64,000 nucleotides of DNA from Desulfosoma sp. (GCA_037481835.1 JBBFKW010000006.1:64001-128000), one strand, 5' to 3'. Shown: positions 17,721-28,370, counted from the first letter of the stretch. Numbers and translations: made by a program. The notes: generated by a model not told the origin, from the letters alone.

Positions 17721-19349
17721 ATGAAACTGCGGTTTTTTCCCACACGGAAGGAATTCGCCGAGGGGCTCAGCCGGGGAAACCTGGTCCCCGTGTGCTGCGA
17801 CCTTTTGGCCGACACGGAAACCCCCGTGTCGGCTCTGGCCAAGATCCGTCGTCCGGGCCGTCCCGTTTTCCTCCTGGAAAGCGTGGAAGGCGGTGAACGC
17901 TGGGGGCGCTACAGCTTCCTCGGCGCTTCCGCGTCGCGGCATGTTCGGATCTTCCGGGACCGCGTGGACCTGGAGGAAAACGGCGTGCGGCGCAGCCTGG
18001 ACCACGGGGGCGATCCCCTCGCACTCCTGCGCGCGATCATGGCCCCCTACCGGCCCGTCACCATCCCGGGACTGCCTCGGTTTTGGGGCGGCCTTGTAGG
18101 GTGGTTCGCCTACGAAACGGTCTCCTTCTTCGAAAGGATTCCCCACGGGCTGCCGCCCGAAGAGCCCCTGGCTCATTTCGTCATGACGGATGAGCTCCTC
18201 ATCTTTGACAATGTGCGCCACACTCTCACCCTGCTGGTCCCCGTGTATCGGCAAAACGAGGCGGACGACCCGGGAAGTCTCTACGACGAAGCCGTCTCGC
18301 GCTTGGAAAAACTGGCCGAATCCCTTGGGCGGCCTTTGCGGGTGCCGGCCGTTGCCCTGGCCGAGCCCGCCTCGGCCCCTCCACCCCCCCAACCCTCGTG
18401 CCCAACAGGAAAAACGGCGCGCCATGAAGGACCGGGGCACAGCGGGCAAAACGGCGCACCGGCGGAGAAGCCGCACAATGTGCCGACCGGGGAAGTCGCC
18501 CAAGCCGGCGCGTTTGGCTCGACCATATCCCGAGACGCCTTTCTTGCCATGGTCCGCACCGTCAAAGAACACATCACGGCAGGGGACGTCATCCAAACCG
18601 TGATTTCCCAGCCGTTCGTGCTCCGGCCCGCCCCCGATCCCTGGTTCCTGTACCGCGCCCAGCGCTACGTGAATCCGTCTCCCTACATGTTCTTCATGGA
18701 ACTGGACGATCGGATCCTCGTGGGTTCTTCTCCGGAAACCATGGTTCGGCTGGAAAACGGTGTGGCGACCCTTCGGCCCATCGCCGGCACGCGCCCCCGG
18801 GGCGCCACGGAACAGGAAGACCGCCGCCTCGCCGACGAGCTCCTGAAAGACCCGAAAGAAAGAGCCGAACACCTCATGCTCGTGGATCTCGGCCGAAACG
18901 ACCTGGGACGGGTCGCTGAAACGGGCACCGTCCAGGTCACCGACCTCATGGTCGTGGAACGCTACTCCCACGTCATGCACCTCGTCTCCAACATCACGTG
19001 CGACCTTCGCCGGGACGCCGACGCGTGGGATCTCCTGCGGGCCACCTTTCCGGCGGGAACGCTCACCGGAGCCCCCAAGATCCGGGCCATGGAAATCATC
19101 GCCGCCCTGGAACCCGCGCCGAGGGGTCCTTACGGCGGCGCCGTGGGCTACATCGCCTTTACGGGCAACATGGATCTCGCCATCACCATCCGCACGGCAT
19201 GCCTCAAAGACGGCACCATGACCGTGCAGACCGGGGCGGGCATCGTGGCCGATTCCGTCCCCGAACGGGAATACGAGGAAACGGTGAACAAGGCCCGGGC
19301 CATGCTCAAGGCCGTGGCCCTGCTGCACAACGCCAACAAGAACCCCTAG
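17721..19349 (+). CDS. trpE: Anthranilate synthase component I
   Basis: LLESVEGGERWGRYS, NPSPYM, PIAGTRPRG, KERAEHLMLVDLGRND. Confidence 0.96.
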   Translation: MKLRFFPTRKEFAEGLSRGNLVPVCCDLLADTETPVSALAKIRRPGRPVFLLESVEGGERWGRYSFLGASASRHVRIFRDRVDLEENGVRRSLDHGGDPLALLRAIMAPYRPVTIPGLPRFWGGLVGWFAYETVSFFERIPHGLPPEEPLAHFVMTDELLIFDNVRHTLTLLVPVYRQNEADDPGSLYDEAVSRLEKLAESLGRPLRVPAVALAEPASAPPPPQPSCPTGKTARHEGPGHSGQNGAPAEKPHNVPTGEVAQAGAFGSTISRDAFLAMVRTVKEHITAGDVIQTVISQPFVLRPAPDPWFLYRAQRYVNPSPYMFFMELDDRILVGSSPETMVRLENGVATLRPIAGTRPRGATEQEDRRLADELLKDPKERAEHLMLVDLGRNDLGRVAETGTVQVTDLMVVERYSHVMHLVSNITCDLRRDADAWDLLRATFPAGTLTGAPKIRAMEIIAALEPAPRGPYGGAVGYIAFTGNMDLAITIRTACLKDGTMTVQTGAGIVADSVPEREYEETVNKARAMLKAVALLHNANKNP

Positions 19350-19403
19350 GTCGGGCAAAGCGCAGCGAACCCCGGTGCCTGCAACGCCCCAAGGAGGTCT
19401 GCC

Positions 19404-19979
19404 ATGATCGTCATGATCGACAATTACGATTCCTTTACCTACAACCTGGTCCAGTACCTGCAAGTGCTGGGGGCCGACGTGCGGGTCATCCGAAACGATG
19501 CGGCGTCGGTGGAAGAAATCCTGTCCTGGAACCCGAGCGGGATCGTCATCTCTCCGGGTCCGGGAAAACCCGAAGACGCCGGCGTTTCGGTCGCCCTCAT
19601 CCGCGCGGCCGCGCCCTCCGTTCCCATCCTGGGCGTGTGCCTGGGCCATCAGGCCATCGCCGTGGCCTTCGGGGGCCGCGTGGGCCCCGCCCGGTCTCTC
19701 ATGCACGGCAAGACCTCCATGGTCCAGCCCGACGGGCGAGGCATCTACCGGGGCCTTTCGGGTCCGTTCCAGGCCATGCGTTACCATTCCCTGGCCGTTT
19801 TCCGAGACGCCCTTCCCGACTGCCTGGAAATCAGCGCGGAAGCCGACGACGGCGAAATCATGGGGATCCGCCACAAGGCGTACCCGTGCGAAGGCATCCA
19901 GTTTCATCCCGAATCCATCATGACACCCGTGGGAAAGCGCCTCTTGCGCAACTTCCTCAACGGGCACGGAGGTCACTGA
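19404..19979 (+). CDS. trpG: Anthranilate synthase component II
   Basis: IDNYDSFTYNL, SPGPG, GVCLGHQ, QFHPES. Confidence 0.96.
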   Translation: MIVMIDNYDSFTYNLVQYLQVLGADVRVIRNDAASVEEILSWNPSGIVISPGPGKPEDAGVSVALIRAAAPSVPILGVCLGHQAIAVAFGGRVGPARSLMHGKTSMVQPDGRGIYRGLSGPFQAMRYHSLAVFRDALPDCLEISAEADDGEIMGIRHKAYPCEGIQFHPESIMTPVGKRLLRNFLNGHGGH

Positions 19980-19980
19980 C

Positions 19981-21009
19981 GTGTTTCGCGACTGCCTGCA
20001 AAAGATCGCCAAAAGGGTGGACCTTTCGGAAGAAGAGATGAGCGCCGTCATGGATGGGCTCATGTCCGGGGACCTCACCGACGCCCAGATCGGGGCCTTT
20101 ATGGCCGCTCTGGCCACCAAGGGAGAAACCTTTGCGGAACTGGCCGGGGCGGCCCGGACCATGCGCCGCAAGGCCCACCGCATCCACGTGAACGCCTCCA
20201 CGGTGGTGGACACCTGCGGGACGGGAGGCGACGGCGCCCACACGTTCAACATTTCCACCACGGCGGCCTTCGTCGTGGCGGGATGCGGCGTTACGGTCGC
20301 CAAGCACGGCAACCGGTCGGTGTCCAGCCGGTGCGGGAGCGCCGACGTGCTGGAAGCTTTGGGGGTGCGCCTGGATACGGACCCGGAAGTGGTGGAAGAG
20401 GCCGTGGGGGAAATCGGCATCGGGTTTCTCTTCGCGCCGCTCTACCACGGCGCCATGCGCCATGCCGCCAAAGCCCGAAAAGAAGTGGGCCTCCGATCCA
20501 TTTTCAACATGCTGGGCCCCCTCACCAATCCCGCCGGAGCCAACTGCCAGGTGCTGGGCGTCTACGCCCCGGAGCTGACGGAAATGTTCGCCAAGGCCCT
20601 GCAGCGTCTCGGGGCGCGCCGCGCTTTCGTCGTCCACGGTCACGACGGCCTGGACGAAATCACGGTGTGCGCCCCCACCCGGGTGACGGAACTCCAAGAC
20701 GGATTGCTGCGAACCTATGATTTGGACCCGGAACGGATCCTGGGCCGAACGGCCGACCCCGAAGCCCTTCGCGGCGGATCGCCCCAAGAAAACGCCAAAA
20801 TTCTGCGATCCATCCTGGAAGGGGCGGCGGGGCCGCGCCGGGACGTGGTCGTCTTGAACGCGGCGGCGGCTCTGGTGGCTGCAGGATCGGCGGAGGACCT
20901 GAAGGAGGGGGTGAGGCTCGCCGAACAGAGCCTGGATTCCGGCGCAGCCCGGGCCAAGCTGGACGCCCTGGTGCGCTTCACTCGGGAACGCGCTCCATCG
21001 GTGGGGTGA
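19981..21009 (+). CDS. trpD: Anthranilate phosphoribosyltransferase
   Basis: DTCGTGGDG, NISTT, KHGNRSVSS, GLDEI. Confidence 0.96.
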   Translation: MFRDCLQKIAKRVDLSEEEMSAVMDGLMSGDLTDAQIGAFMAALATKGETFAELAGAARTMRRKAHRIHVNASTVVDTCGTGGDGAHTFNISTTAAFVVAGCGVTVAKHGNRSVSSRCGSADVLEALGVRLDTDPEVVEEAVGEIGIGFLFAPLYHGAMRHAAKARKEVGLRSIFNMLGPLTNPAGANCQVLGVYAPELTEMFAKALQRLGARRAFVVHGHDGLDEITVCAPTRVTELQDGLLRTYDLDPERILGRTADPEALRGGSPQENAKILRSILEGAAGPRRDVVVLNAAAALVAAGSAEDLKEGVRLAEQSLDSGAARAKLDALVRFTRERAPSVG

Positions 21010-21029
21010 AGGGTTGCCCGCTCATCCGG

Positions 21030-21515
21030 CCCCCTCACCCCGGCCCTCTCCCCCTAAAGGGGGAGAGGGGGGCATTGAACTTCCGCCGATGGGTTGGGCC
21101 CTGTCCGCTGGATTCGTGCCACTTCTCCTTCGGGTCGGCTCCCCCCTTCCCTGGATCAGTTCCCCCTCTCCCCTTCATTCATTCCCCCTCTCCCCTTGAG
21201 GGGAGAGGGTCGGGGTGAGGGGTGATAGGCAAGGGGATAAGGGTAAGAAGTAGAGGGTAGGCAGGGAAGGGTAAGGGGTAAAGGATGAGCGGGGAAAAAA
21301 GCTCGGGGTCCGGATTCACGCTTCTATCGATGGGTTCCCCCTTGCCTCGATGGCACGCTCCCTGTCTCCTGGATTCGAGCCACTTCTCCTTCGGGTCGGC
21401 TCCCCCCTTCCCTGGATCAGTTCCCCCTCTCCCCTTCACTTATTCCCCCTCTCCCCTTGAGGGGAGAGGGTCGGGGTGAGGGGTGAAGCGTAAGGCGAGA
21501 GGGGTGAGGGGTGAT
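21030..21515. repeat. Three BoxC-like repeats, a ~118-bp direct duplication and purine heptamer runs between trpD and trpC
   Basis: Forward copy at 21030, reverse copies at about 21185 and 21445; 21108-21226 matches 21369-21487. Confidence 0.88.
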
Positions 21516-21546
21516 TCGTGAAGATTGAAAAAACGGAGTAGCCACA

Positions 21547-22539
21547 ATGGCCGATTTTCTTTCCCGAATTCTTCATGCCAAGAAGGCGGAAACGGCGGCG
21601 CAGGCGGCCCGGCGGCCCCTTGCGGAGATCCGCCGCGATGCGGAAGCCATGCCGCCGCCCCGTCCCTTCGCCGCCGCCTTGGCCCTCGGTCCGGATCGCA
21701 CCTCCCCCCTTCCGGGAAAAATCGCCCCCGTAGTCCCTGGGGTGGCGGAACCAACTTTGGCGCCCTCATCCTCCCCAAAGGCGCCCCTTCTGCCCGCTTC
21801 CGGTACGGACCGGAGGTTCGCGCTCCCAGAGGCCGCCCAGGGGGATGCGCCGAACGCTGGCCATCCATCCTGCCCCGTGCGGTTGATTGCGGAAATCAAG
21901 AGGGCGTCCCCGTCCAAGGGACCGCTCCGCCCCGACCTCGACCCGGCGGATCTGGCTCACGCTTACGCCAGGGGCGGCGCGGCGGCCCTTTCCGTCTTAA
22001 CCGACGGCCCTTTCTTCGGCGGCTCCCTGGAGGATCTCGCGGTCGCCCGAAGCGCCGTCTCCCTTCCGGTCCTTCGCAAAGATTTCATCGTGAGCGACTA
22101 TCAAATTTACGAAGCGAGGGCCGCCGGAGCCGATGCGGTCCTCCTCATCGTCCGGGCGGTAAGCCCCGCTTTTCTCCGGGACGCCCTGGCCTTGTGCGAG
22201 GCTCTTGGGCTGGGCGCCTTGACGGAAGTTCACAACGAGGCCGAAGTGGAAACCGCCCTGGCCTGCGGCGCCCAAATCCTCGGCGTAAACAACCGCAACC
22301 TTGAAACGTTTGAAACAAATGTGCACACCTCCATCCGCCTGCGCTCGCAAATCCCCGAAGACCGCATCATGGTCGCCGAAAGCGGCATCCGCGACCGCTC
22401 GGACATCGAGCGGCTTCGGGCCGTGGGAATTTTAAATTTCCTCGTTGGAGAATCCCTGGTGCGCGCTGCGGACCCGGAAGCAGCCGTGCGAGATTTCCTG
22501 GGCCCTTTCGGCCCCCTCACCCCGACCCTCTCCCCCTAA
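21547..22539 (+). CDS. trpC: Indole-3-glycerol phosphate synthase with a ~60-aa Pro-rich insert
   Basis: IAEIKRASPSKG, LSVLTD, LRKDFI, GVNNRNL, AESGI. Confidence 0.95.
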   Translation: MADFLSRILHAKKAETAAQAARRPLAEIRRDAEAMPPPRPFAAALALGPDRTSPLPGKIAPVVPGVAEPTLAPSSSPKAPLLPASGTDRRFALPEAAQGDAPNAGHPSCPVRLIAEIKRASPSKGPLRPDLDPADLAHAYARGGAAALSVLTDGPFFGGSLEDLAVARSAVSLPVLRKDFIVSDYQIYEARAAGADAVLLIVRAVSPAFLRDALALCEALGLGALTEVHNEAEVETALACGAQILGVNNRNLETFETNVHTSIRLRSQIPEDRIMVAESGIRDRSDIERLRAVGILNFLVGESLVRAADPEAAVRDFLGPFGPLTPTLSP

Positions 22540-22960
22540 AGGGGGAGAGGGAGATCTGGAAGGTTCCAATCCTCGAGGGGGAGAGGGGGATGGGGAGCGG
22601 GCCAATCCTCAAGAGGGAGAGGGGGATAAGGAACGGGCCCATGCTGAAGTGGAGAGGGGGATAAGAAGATGGAGAGCAGGCCGGTCCTGAAGGGGGAGAG
22701 GGAGAGGGAGGTGAGGAGCGGGCCAATCCTGAAGTGGAGAGGGGCAAAGGGAGATGCCGAACGTGTCAGTCCTCGAGGGGGAGAGGGGAATGCGGAGCGG
22801 GCCAATCCTGAAGTGGAGAGGGGCAAAGGGAGTTGCGGAAGGTTCGAGCCTTCAAAGGGGGGAGGGGGATGGGGAGCGGGCTGGTCCTAAAGGGGGAGAG
22901 GAGAGAGGGAGGTGAGGAGCGGGCGGATTCCGATGGGGGAGGGGGACGGCAGGGCCGGGG
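22501..22960 (+). repeat. BoxC-like repeat overlapping the trpC stop, plus a decaying ~33-36-bp array
   Basis: Head at 22512-22552; units like GGGGGAGAGGGGGATGGGGAGCGGGCCAATCCTCAA. Confidence 0.88.
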
Positions 22961-23140
22961 CGAGTCCACCGGGGAAAATGAGGCTTGACGGCTTTGACCA
23001 TGAAAAAGTGGCGACATTATGAATTTGAAGGGGCGAGCCCACGGGGAAAAATGAGGCGCGACGGCGGGGGGCCCATGGCAGGTTTGCTATGGCGCGGTTC
23101 CTGCCGAGCCAAAAGGCTCAGGGCTATGGGAGCCAATAAC

Positions 23141-23292
23141 CCCCCATCACGGGCGGCCCATCACAACGAAGGATGAAAGTCTCATAGTTACGGTCTGTTA
23201 CAGAGACTTTCATATACCCCCCATCACGGGCAGCCCGTGACAACAAAGGATGAGAGTCTCGTGGTTACGGGATGTTACCGAGACTTTCATAT
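23141..23292 (+). repeat. Two tandem copies of a ~76-bp double-hairpin element
   Basis: TCACGGGC-A-GCCCGTGA and ATGAAAGTCTC...GAGACTTTCAT stems; third copy at 41881. Confidence 0.85.
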
Positions 23293-23308
23293 CAACGGAG
23301 GCCTACCG

Positions 23309-23959
23309 ATGGACATTAAAATTTGCGGGATCACGACGGTGGAGGATGCGGCGGCCGCGGCCGCCCTGGACATCCAAGCCGTGGGGCTCGTCTTTTACCC
23401 CAAGAGCCCGCGGTTCGTGGACGAGGCGGCGGCCCGCCGCATCGTGGAAAGCCTCCCTTCCCGGATCGCCGCCGTGGGGGTCTTCGTGGATACGCCCGCT
23501 TCGGCCGTGCTCCAAACGGCTCGGGCCGTGGGCCTTCACGCCGTGCAGCTCCACGGGTCCGAACCCCCGGAGGACATTTGCCGCCTTCGCGACGCCGGCC
23601 TTCGGGTCGTCAAGGCCCTCTTCGTCAACCGCGCCCCCGGCCTGGACGCTCACACGGCTTACGCCCCCACGGCGTTTCTCGTGGAATGCGCGGGATCCCG
23701 GCGACCCGGCGGGAACGCCTTGACCTGGGACTGGTCCCGGGCCCGCGGGGCCATCCCCGCCGTGCCCATGATCCTCGCCGGGGGCCTCACCCCGGAAAAC
23801 GTCCGGGACGCCGTCCTCGCCGCAGACCCGAGCGGCGTGGACGTGAGTTCCGGTGTGGAAAGCCGCCCGGGTCGAAAGGACCCGGAGAAGATGCACCGAT
23901 TCGTGAACGCCGTGCGCCGCCTTCGGCCGCACCCATCCCAAGGAGGAATCTTCTCATGA
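23309..23959 (+). CDS. trpF: Phosphoribosylanthranilate isomerase
   Basis: [40 protein letters not shown]. Confidence 0.95.
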   Translation: MDIKICGITTVEDAAAAAALDIQAVGLVFYPKSPRFVDEAAARRIVESLPSRIAAVGVFVDTPASAVLQTARAVGLHAVQLHGSEPPEDICRLRDAGLRVVKALFVNRAPGLDAHTAYAPTAFLVECAGSRRPGGNALTWDWSRARGAIPAVPMILAGGLTPENVRDAVLAADPSGVDVSSGVESRPGRKDPEKMHRFVNAVRRLRPHPSQGGIFS

Positions 23960-25188
23960 ACCCCACCGCAGCCTCATCTTACGCCTCGCCGCCGTCCGCC
24001 AAAGCGGCGGGCACCGCCGTGCCGGATGCGCGCGGCCATTTCGGTCCCTTCGGAGGCCGCTACGTGGCCGAAACCCTCATGCCGGCCCTGCTGGAACTGG
24101 AAGCCGCCTTCGAGGCGGCCCGGAAGGATGCGACCTTCCACGACGCCTTTCATCAGCTGCTCTCGGAATACGCCGGGCGCCCCACGCCCCTGTATCCGGC
24201 CCGGCGGCTCACGGCCCACTGCGGCGGTGCCCGCATCTACCTCAAACGGGAAGACCTGGCTCACACGGGCGCCCACAAGATCAACAACACCCTGGGCCAG
24301 GTCCTGCTCGCCCGGCGCATGGGCAAAACCAAGGTCATCGCGGAAACGGGCGCGGGCCAGCACGGCGTGGCCACCGCCACCGCGGCGGCCCTCTTCGGCA
24401 TGGAATGCCGGGTCTTCATGGGCACGGAAGACGTCAAGCGCCAGGCGCCCAACGTGCGCCGCATGGAACTCCTGGGCGCCCGAGTCGTCCCCGTCTCCTC
24501 GGGCACGGGAACCCTCAAGGACGCCATGAACGAAGCCATGCGCTACTGGGTGAGCGCCGTTCGGGATACCTTTTACGTCATCGGATCCGTGGCGGGCCCC
24601 CACCCCTACCCGGTGATGGTGCGCGACTTCCAGAGGGTCATCGGCGACGAAGCGCGCCGTCAGATCCTGGATCGGGAAGGACGCCTGCCGGACGCCCTCA
24701 TCGCCTGCGTGGGCGGCGGCAGCAACGCCATGGGCCTCTTCTATCCCTTTCTGGACGACCCCGTGGCCATGATCGGCGTGGAAGCCGCCGGAGAAGGGAT
24801 CGACACGGGAAAACACGCCGCCACCCTGGGCGCCGGATCCGTCGGGGTGCTGCACGGATCCAAGTCCTTCGTCCTCCAGGACCCTTACGGCCAGATCCGG
24901 GAAGCCCACTCCATCTCCGCCGGGCTGGACTATCCCGGCGTGGGCCCCGAGCACGCGTGGCTCAAGGAAAGCGGTCGAGCCCGCTACGTGGCCGTGACGG
25001 ACTCGGAAGCCTTGGAAGCCTTCCGGACCCTCTCCACCCTGGAAGGCATCATCCCGGCCTTGGAAAGCGCCCACGCCGTGGCCTACGCCATGGAAGAAGC
25101 GGCGCGAAGGGGCCCCGACGAGATCCTCATCGTCAATCTTTCCGGCCGGGGCGACAAGGACTTGGGCATCGTCTTTCGGGATCTCTAG
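23956..25188 (+). CDS. trpB: Tryptophan synthase beta chain
   Basis: [41 protein letters not shown]. Confidence 0.97.
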   Translation: MNPTAASSYASPPSAKAAGTAVPDARGHFGPFGGRYVAETLMPALLELEAAFEAARKDATFHDAFHQLLSEYAGRPTPLYPARRLTAHCGGARIYLKREDLAHTGAHKINNTLGQVLLARRMGKTKVIAETGAGQHGVATATAAALFGMECRVFMGTEDVKRQAPNVRRMELLGARVVPVSSGTGTLKDAMNEAMRYWVSAVRDTFYVIGSVAGPHPYPVMVRDFQRVIGDEARRQILDREGRLPDALIACVGGGSNAMGLFYPFLDDPVAMIGVEAAGEGIDTGKHAATLGAGSVGVLHGSKSFVLQDPYGQIREAHSISAGLDYPGVGPEHAWLKESGRARYVAVTDSEALEAFRTLSTLEGIIPALESAHAVAYAMEEAARRGPDEILIVNLSGRGDKDLGIVFRDL

Positions 25189-25241
25189 GAAGACGGGCGG
25201 TTCGCAGAGAAACCCATCACCTTTTTGGAAAGGATCCATCC

Positions 25242-26039
25242 ATGAGCCGACTGGCACGGCTTTTCGCCGATCTCAAGGAAAAACACGAAGGCGCCCTCGT
25301 GGGCTTCGTCACGGCAGGCGATCCCACGCCCGACGTGTCGTTTCACATCCTTCGGGCCATGGCCGAAGCGGGCGTGGACATCATCGAACTGGGGGTGCCC
25401 TTTTCCGATCCCACGGCCGACGGCCCCGTGATCCAGCGCTCGTCGGCCCGCGCGCTCGCCCAAGGCATGACCCTGGAAAAGACCCTGGATCTGTGCCGGG
25501 CGCTGCGCCGGGAAACCGACGTGCCGCTTGTCGTCTTCAGCTACTACAATCCCATCCTGGCCATGGGCGGAAGGCGCTTTTATGAAGAAAGCGTGCGAGC
25601 CGGAGCCGACGCCGCCCTCGTCGTGGACCTCCCGCCCGAAGAATCGCGGGAACTGCTGGACCAGTGGAGCGGGAACCGGCTGGATTTCATCCGGCTTGCG
25701 GCGCCCACGACCCCGACGGAGCGCATGGCGGCCATCGCCCGGGACGCCTCGGGGTTTCTCTACCTGGTGTCCATGACCGGGGTGACGGGAAGCGCCGGGC
25801 TGGATCTTTCGGAAGTGGCGGCAACGGCGGCGCGGTTGAAGGAGGTGACTTCCCTTCCCGTCTGCGTGGGCTTTGGACTTTCGCAACCCGAGCACGTTTC
25901 GGCGGTGTGCCGGGCGGCGGACGGCGCCGTGGTGGGAAGCGCCTTTGAAAGGCTCATCGAGAAAAACCTCGGGGCGAAAGATCTTCCCGAGCGGATCGCC
26001 CGCTACGCCCGCACCCTCAAAGCCGCCACCCGCTCGTGA
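25242..26039 (+). CDS. trpA: Tryptophan synthase alpha chain
   Basis: ELGVPFSDPTADGPVIQ, SYYNP, VSMTGVTG, VGFG. Confidence 0.96.
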   Translation: MSRLARLFADLKEKHEGALVGFVTAGDPTPDVSFHILRAMAEAGVDIIELGVPFSDPTADGPVIQRSSARALAQGMTLEKTLDLCRALRRETDVPLVVFSYYNPILAMGGRRFYEESVRAGADAALVVDLPPEESRELLDQWSGNRLDFIRLAAPTTPTERMAAIARDASGFLYLVSMTGVTGSAGLDLSEVAATAARLKEVTSLPVCVGFGLSQPEHVSAVCRAADGAVVGSAFERLIEKNLGAKDLPERIARYARTLKAATRS

Positions 26040-26044
26040 CTCCG

Positions 26045-26426
26045 GGCCGTGCGCCCCTTCCCCGTCGGGGCATGCCAGCCCCCTTTCCCCGCCGGGGAAC
26101 GCCGGCCCCCTCTCCTCCTTCGGCCACTTCCAGCCCCCTGCGCCGATTGGGGGATACCAGCTCCCTCTTTGCCGAATTTTCGGCCCCTTATCCCCCTTCC
26201 GGCAATTCAGCCCCCTCCCCCCTCTGGGCGATCTCAGACTCCTTCTCCCGTTTGGGGGACGCCAGCCTCCCTCCCCCCTTCCGCCAATTCCAGTCCCCTT
26301 CCCCCCTTGGGGGATCCTAGACTCTCTCTGCCCCCTTTGGGGAATCTCAGACTCCCTCTCCCCCCTCTGGGGAATTTTAGGCTCCCTCTCCCCCCTCTGG
26401 GGGGAGAGGGCCGGGGTGAGGGGGGG
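26045..26426 (-). repeat. BoxC-like repeat with a ~30-bp array decaying leftwards
   Basis: Head at 26384-26426; units like CTCCCTCTCCCCCCTCTGGGGAATTTTAGG. Confidence 0.88.
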
Positions 26427-26715
26427 CACACCCGCCGATCTCCCCCTAAAAATCCCCCTTCCCTCGGCGCGCGCCGCGGGTTATGAGCCGACACAAACCC
26501 CGCCGGGTTCGGTTCCGCCGGAAGGCCAGCCTTTTAACGGGCCGTCCCCGGGCTTTTCGACACCGCCTTCCCGCTCTCGTTTTTTTCGCACTCAGCGCTT
26601 CCGGAAGGCATCCGCCCTCTCCTTCATGCCACGGAAAGGAGGTGGGAACGCGTCAACGCCAATCCCTCGAGACCCTCTAAGACCTGGAAACCTTCATCTT
26701 CCACGGAGGAGCGAC

Positions 26716-27969
26716 ATGAAGAAATGGATCGGCCTGGTGAGTGTGGTCTTTTTCGCCGCAGGAGCGGCCCTTTACGCGGCAAGCCTGAGCGATGTGGAAG
26801 AACTGGGAAAACAGATCATGTTCGACCAAAAACTTTCCGTGCGTAACAACCAATCCTGCGCCAGCTGTCACGATCCCAAGGCGGGCTGGGCGGGCGGCGT
26901 GCCGGGGATCAATCTCAAGGGCGCCGTCTATCCCGGATCCATCCGCACGGCTTTCGGCAACCGAAAGCCCCCGTCCGCCTCCTACGCCACGGTGGCCCCT
27001 CGGCTTGATTACGATCCCGACGAAGGGCTTTTCTTCGGAGGCAATTTCTGGGACGGGCGGGCTACCGGCTGGGAGCTGGGGAATCCCGCGGCCGACCAAG
27101 CCCGGGGGCCTTTCCTCAACCCGGTGGAGCAGGCTCTGCCCTCTCCGGCCGATGTGGTCCAAAGGGTGTGCGCGTCCAAGTACGGCTGGCTGTTTATGGC
27201 GCTGTGGGGGGACGACGCCTGCGACAACATGACCAGGGGGTACAACGCTGTGGCCCTCTCCGTTGCCGCCTACGAGGCGTCACGGGAGGTGAACGCCTAC
27301 AGTTCCAAGTACGATGCCGTCCAGATGGGAAAAGCCGAATTCACGGACCAGGAGAGTTTGGGGCTGGAAGTCTTCGAAGGCAAAGGACGGTGCGCCGCCT
27401 GCCATGTCCTCGATCCCCAGACGGACGGCGCTCCTCGCGTTTTCACCGACTTTACCTACGACAACCTGGGCATCCCCAAAAATCTTAATAATCCCTTTTA
27501 CGCCACGGACCCGACTTTCGTAGACAAGGGCCTCGGGGACTTTCTCAGGAGCCTTGCCGGGGACGACTCCTGGAGGAGCGCTCCCTACGTGACGGAAAAC
27601 ATAGCCGCTCTGGACAACGAAACCTTGTACGAACTCGCCACCCAAAACGACGGCAAGTTCAAGGTGCCCTCTTTAAGGAATGTGGACCTGAGGCCCGGTC
27701 CGGGCTTTGTCAAAGCCTACGGGCATAACGGCTACTTCAAGTCCCTGGAATCCATCGTTCACTTCTACAACACCAGGGACGTGCTGCCGCGCTGTGAGAG
27801 CGACATGACCGACGCCCAAGCCATGAAAGCCGGCTGCTGGCCCGCTCCGGAATTTCCCGATAACGTGAACACGGACGAATTGGGCGACCTGGGACTTTCG
27901 CCCGAGGAAGAGGCCGCCCTCGTCGCGTTCCTGAAGACCCTCTCCGACGGCTACTTCAAACCCGAATAA
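26716..27969 (+). CDS. Di-heme cytochrome c peroxidase / MauG family protein
   Basis: Signal peptide; CASCH and CAACH; NFWDGRA; FKVPSLRNV; GGAGG RBS. Confidence 0.9.
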   Translation: MKKWIGLVSVVFFAAGAALYAASLSDVEELGKQIMFDQKLSVRNNQSCASCHDPKAGWAGGVPGINLKGAVYPGSIRTAFGNRKPPSASYATVAPRLDYDPDEGLFFGGNFWDGRATGWELGNPAADQARGPFLNPVEQALPSPADVVQRVCASKYGWLFMALWGDDACDNMTRGYNAVALSVAAYEASREVNAYSSKYDAVQMGKAEFTDQESLGLEVFEGKGRCAACHVLDPQTDGAPRVFTDFTYDNLGIPKNLNNPFYATDPTFVDKGLGDFLRSLAGDDSWRSAPYVTENIAALDNETLYELATQNDGKFKVPSLRNVDLRPGPGFVKAYGHNGYFKSLESIVHFYNTRDVLPRCESDMTDAQAMKAGCWPAPEFPDNVNTDELGDLGLSPEEEAALVAFLKTLSDGYFKPE

Positions 27970-27999
27970 GCCGACGGCCCCGCCTCCACCTCGTTCACT

Positions 28000-28304
28000 C
28001 CGCCCTGTGGGGGACTTCCGGCCCCACCTCCCCCCTCAGGGACATTTCAGGCTCCCTCTCCCCCTGTTCTGGAATCTTAGACGCCCTCTGCCCCTCTAGG
28101 GAATCTCAGACTCCCTCTCCCCTCGTTGGGGAATCCTAGACGCCCTCTGCCCCTCTGGGAAATCTCAGGCTCCCTCTCCCCCCTCTGGGGAATCCTAGAC
28201 GCCCTCTGCCCCTCTGGGAAATCTCAGGCTCCCTCTCCCCCCTCTGGGGAATTTTAGGCTCCCTCTCCCCCCTCTGGGGGGAGAGGGCCGGGGTGAGGGG
28301 GGGG
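28000..28304 (-). repeat. BoxC-like repeat with a ~30-bp array
   Basis: Head at 28261-28304; alternating GAATCCTAGACG and AAATCTCAGGCT units. Confidence 0.88.
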
Positions 28305-28370
28305 CCTTTCTCCTTTACGATTCCTTCTCAACCCTGAACCCATGACCCCCGCCGGAGGACCCGGCGCGCC

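Noticed and set aside
17433..20420. Long antisense or alternate-frame ORFs (e.g. 17433-20420, 41960-44614, 54169-56988, 11538-13256)
   Set aside because: Shadows of real genes in high-GC DNA, with no recognisable motifs.
22958..23066. ~36-bp local duplication and TTGAC hexamers as an internal trpF promoter
   Set aside because: No well-spaced -10 element; evidence too weak.
25873..26715. ORFs and N-terminal extensions crossing repeat arrays (LSPLWGERAGVRG, PHPGPLP peptides)
   Set aside because: Translations of the non-coding repeat; the real start is ATG 26716 with its own RBS.
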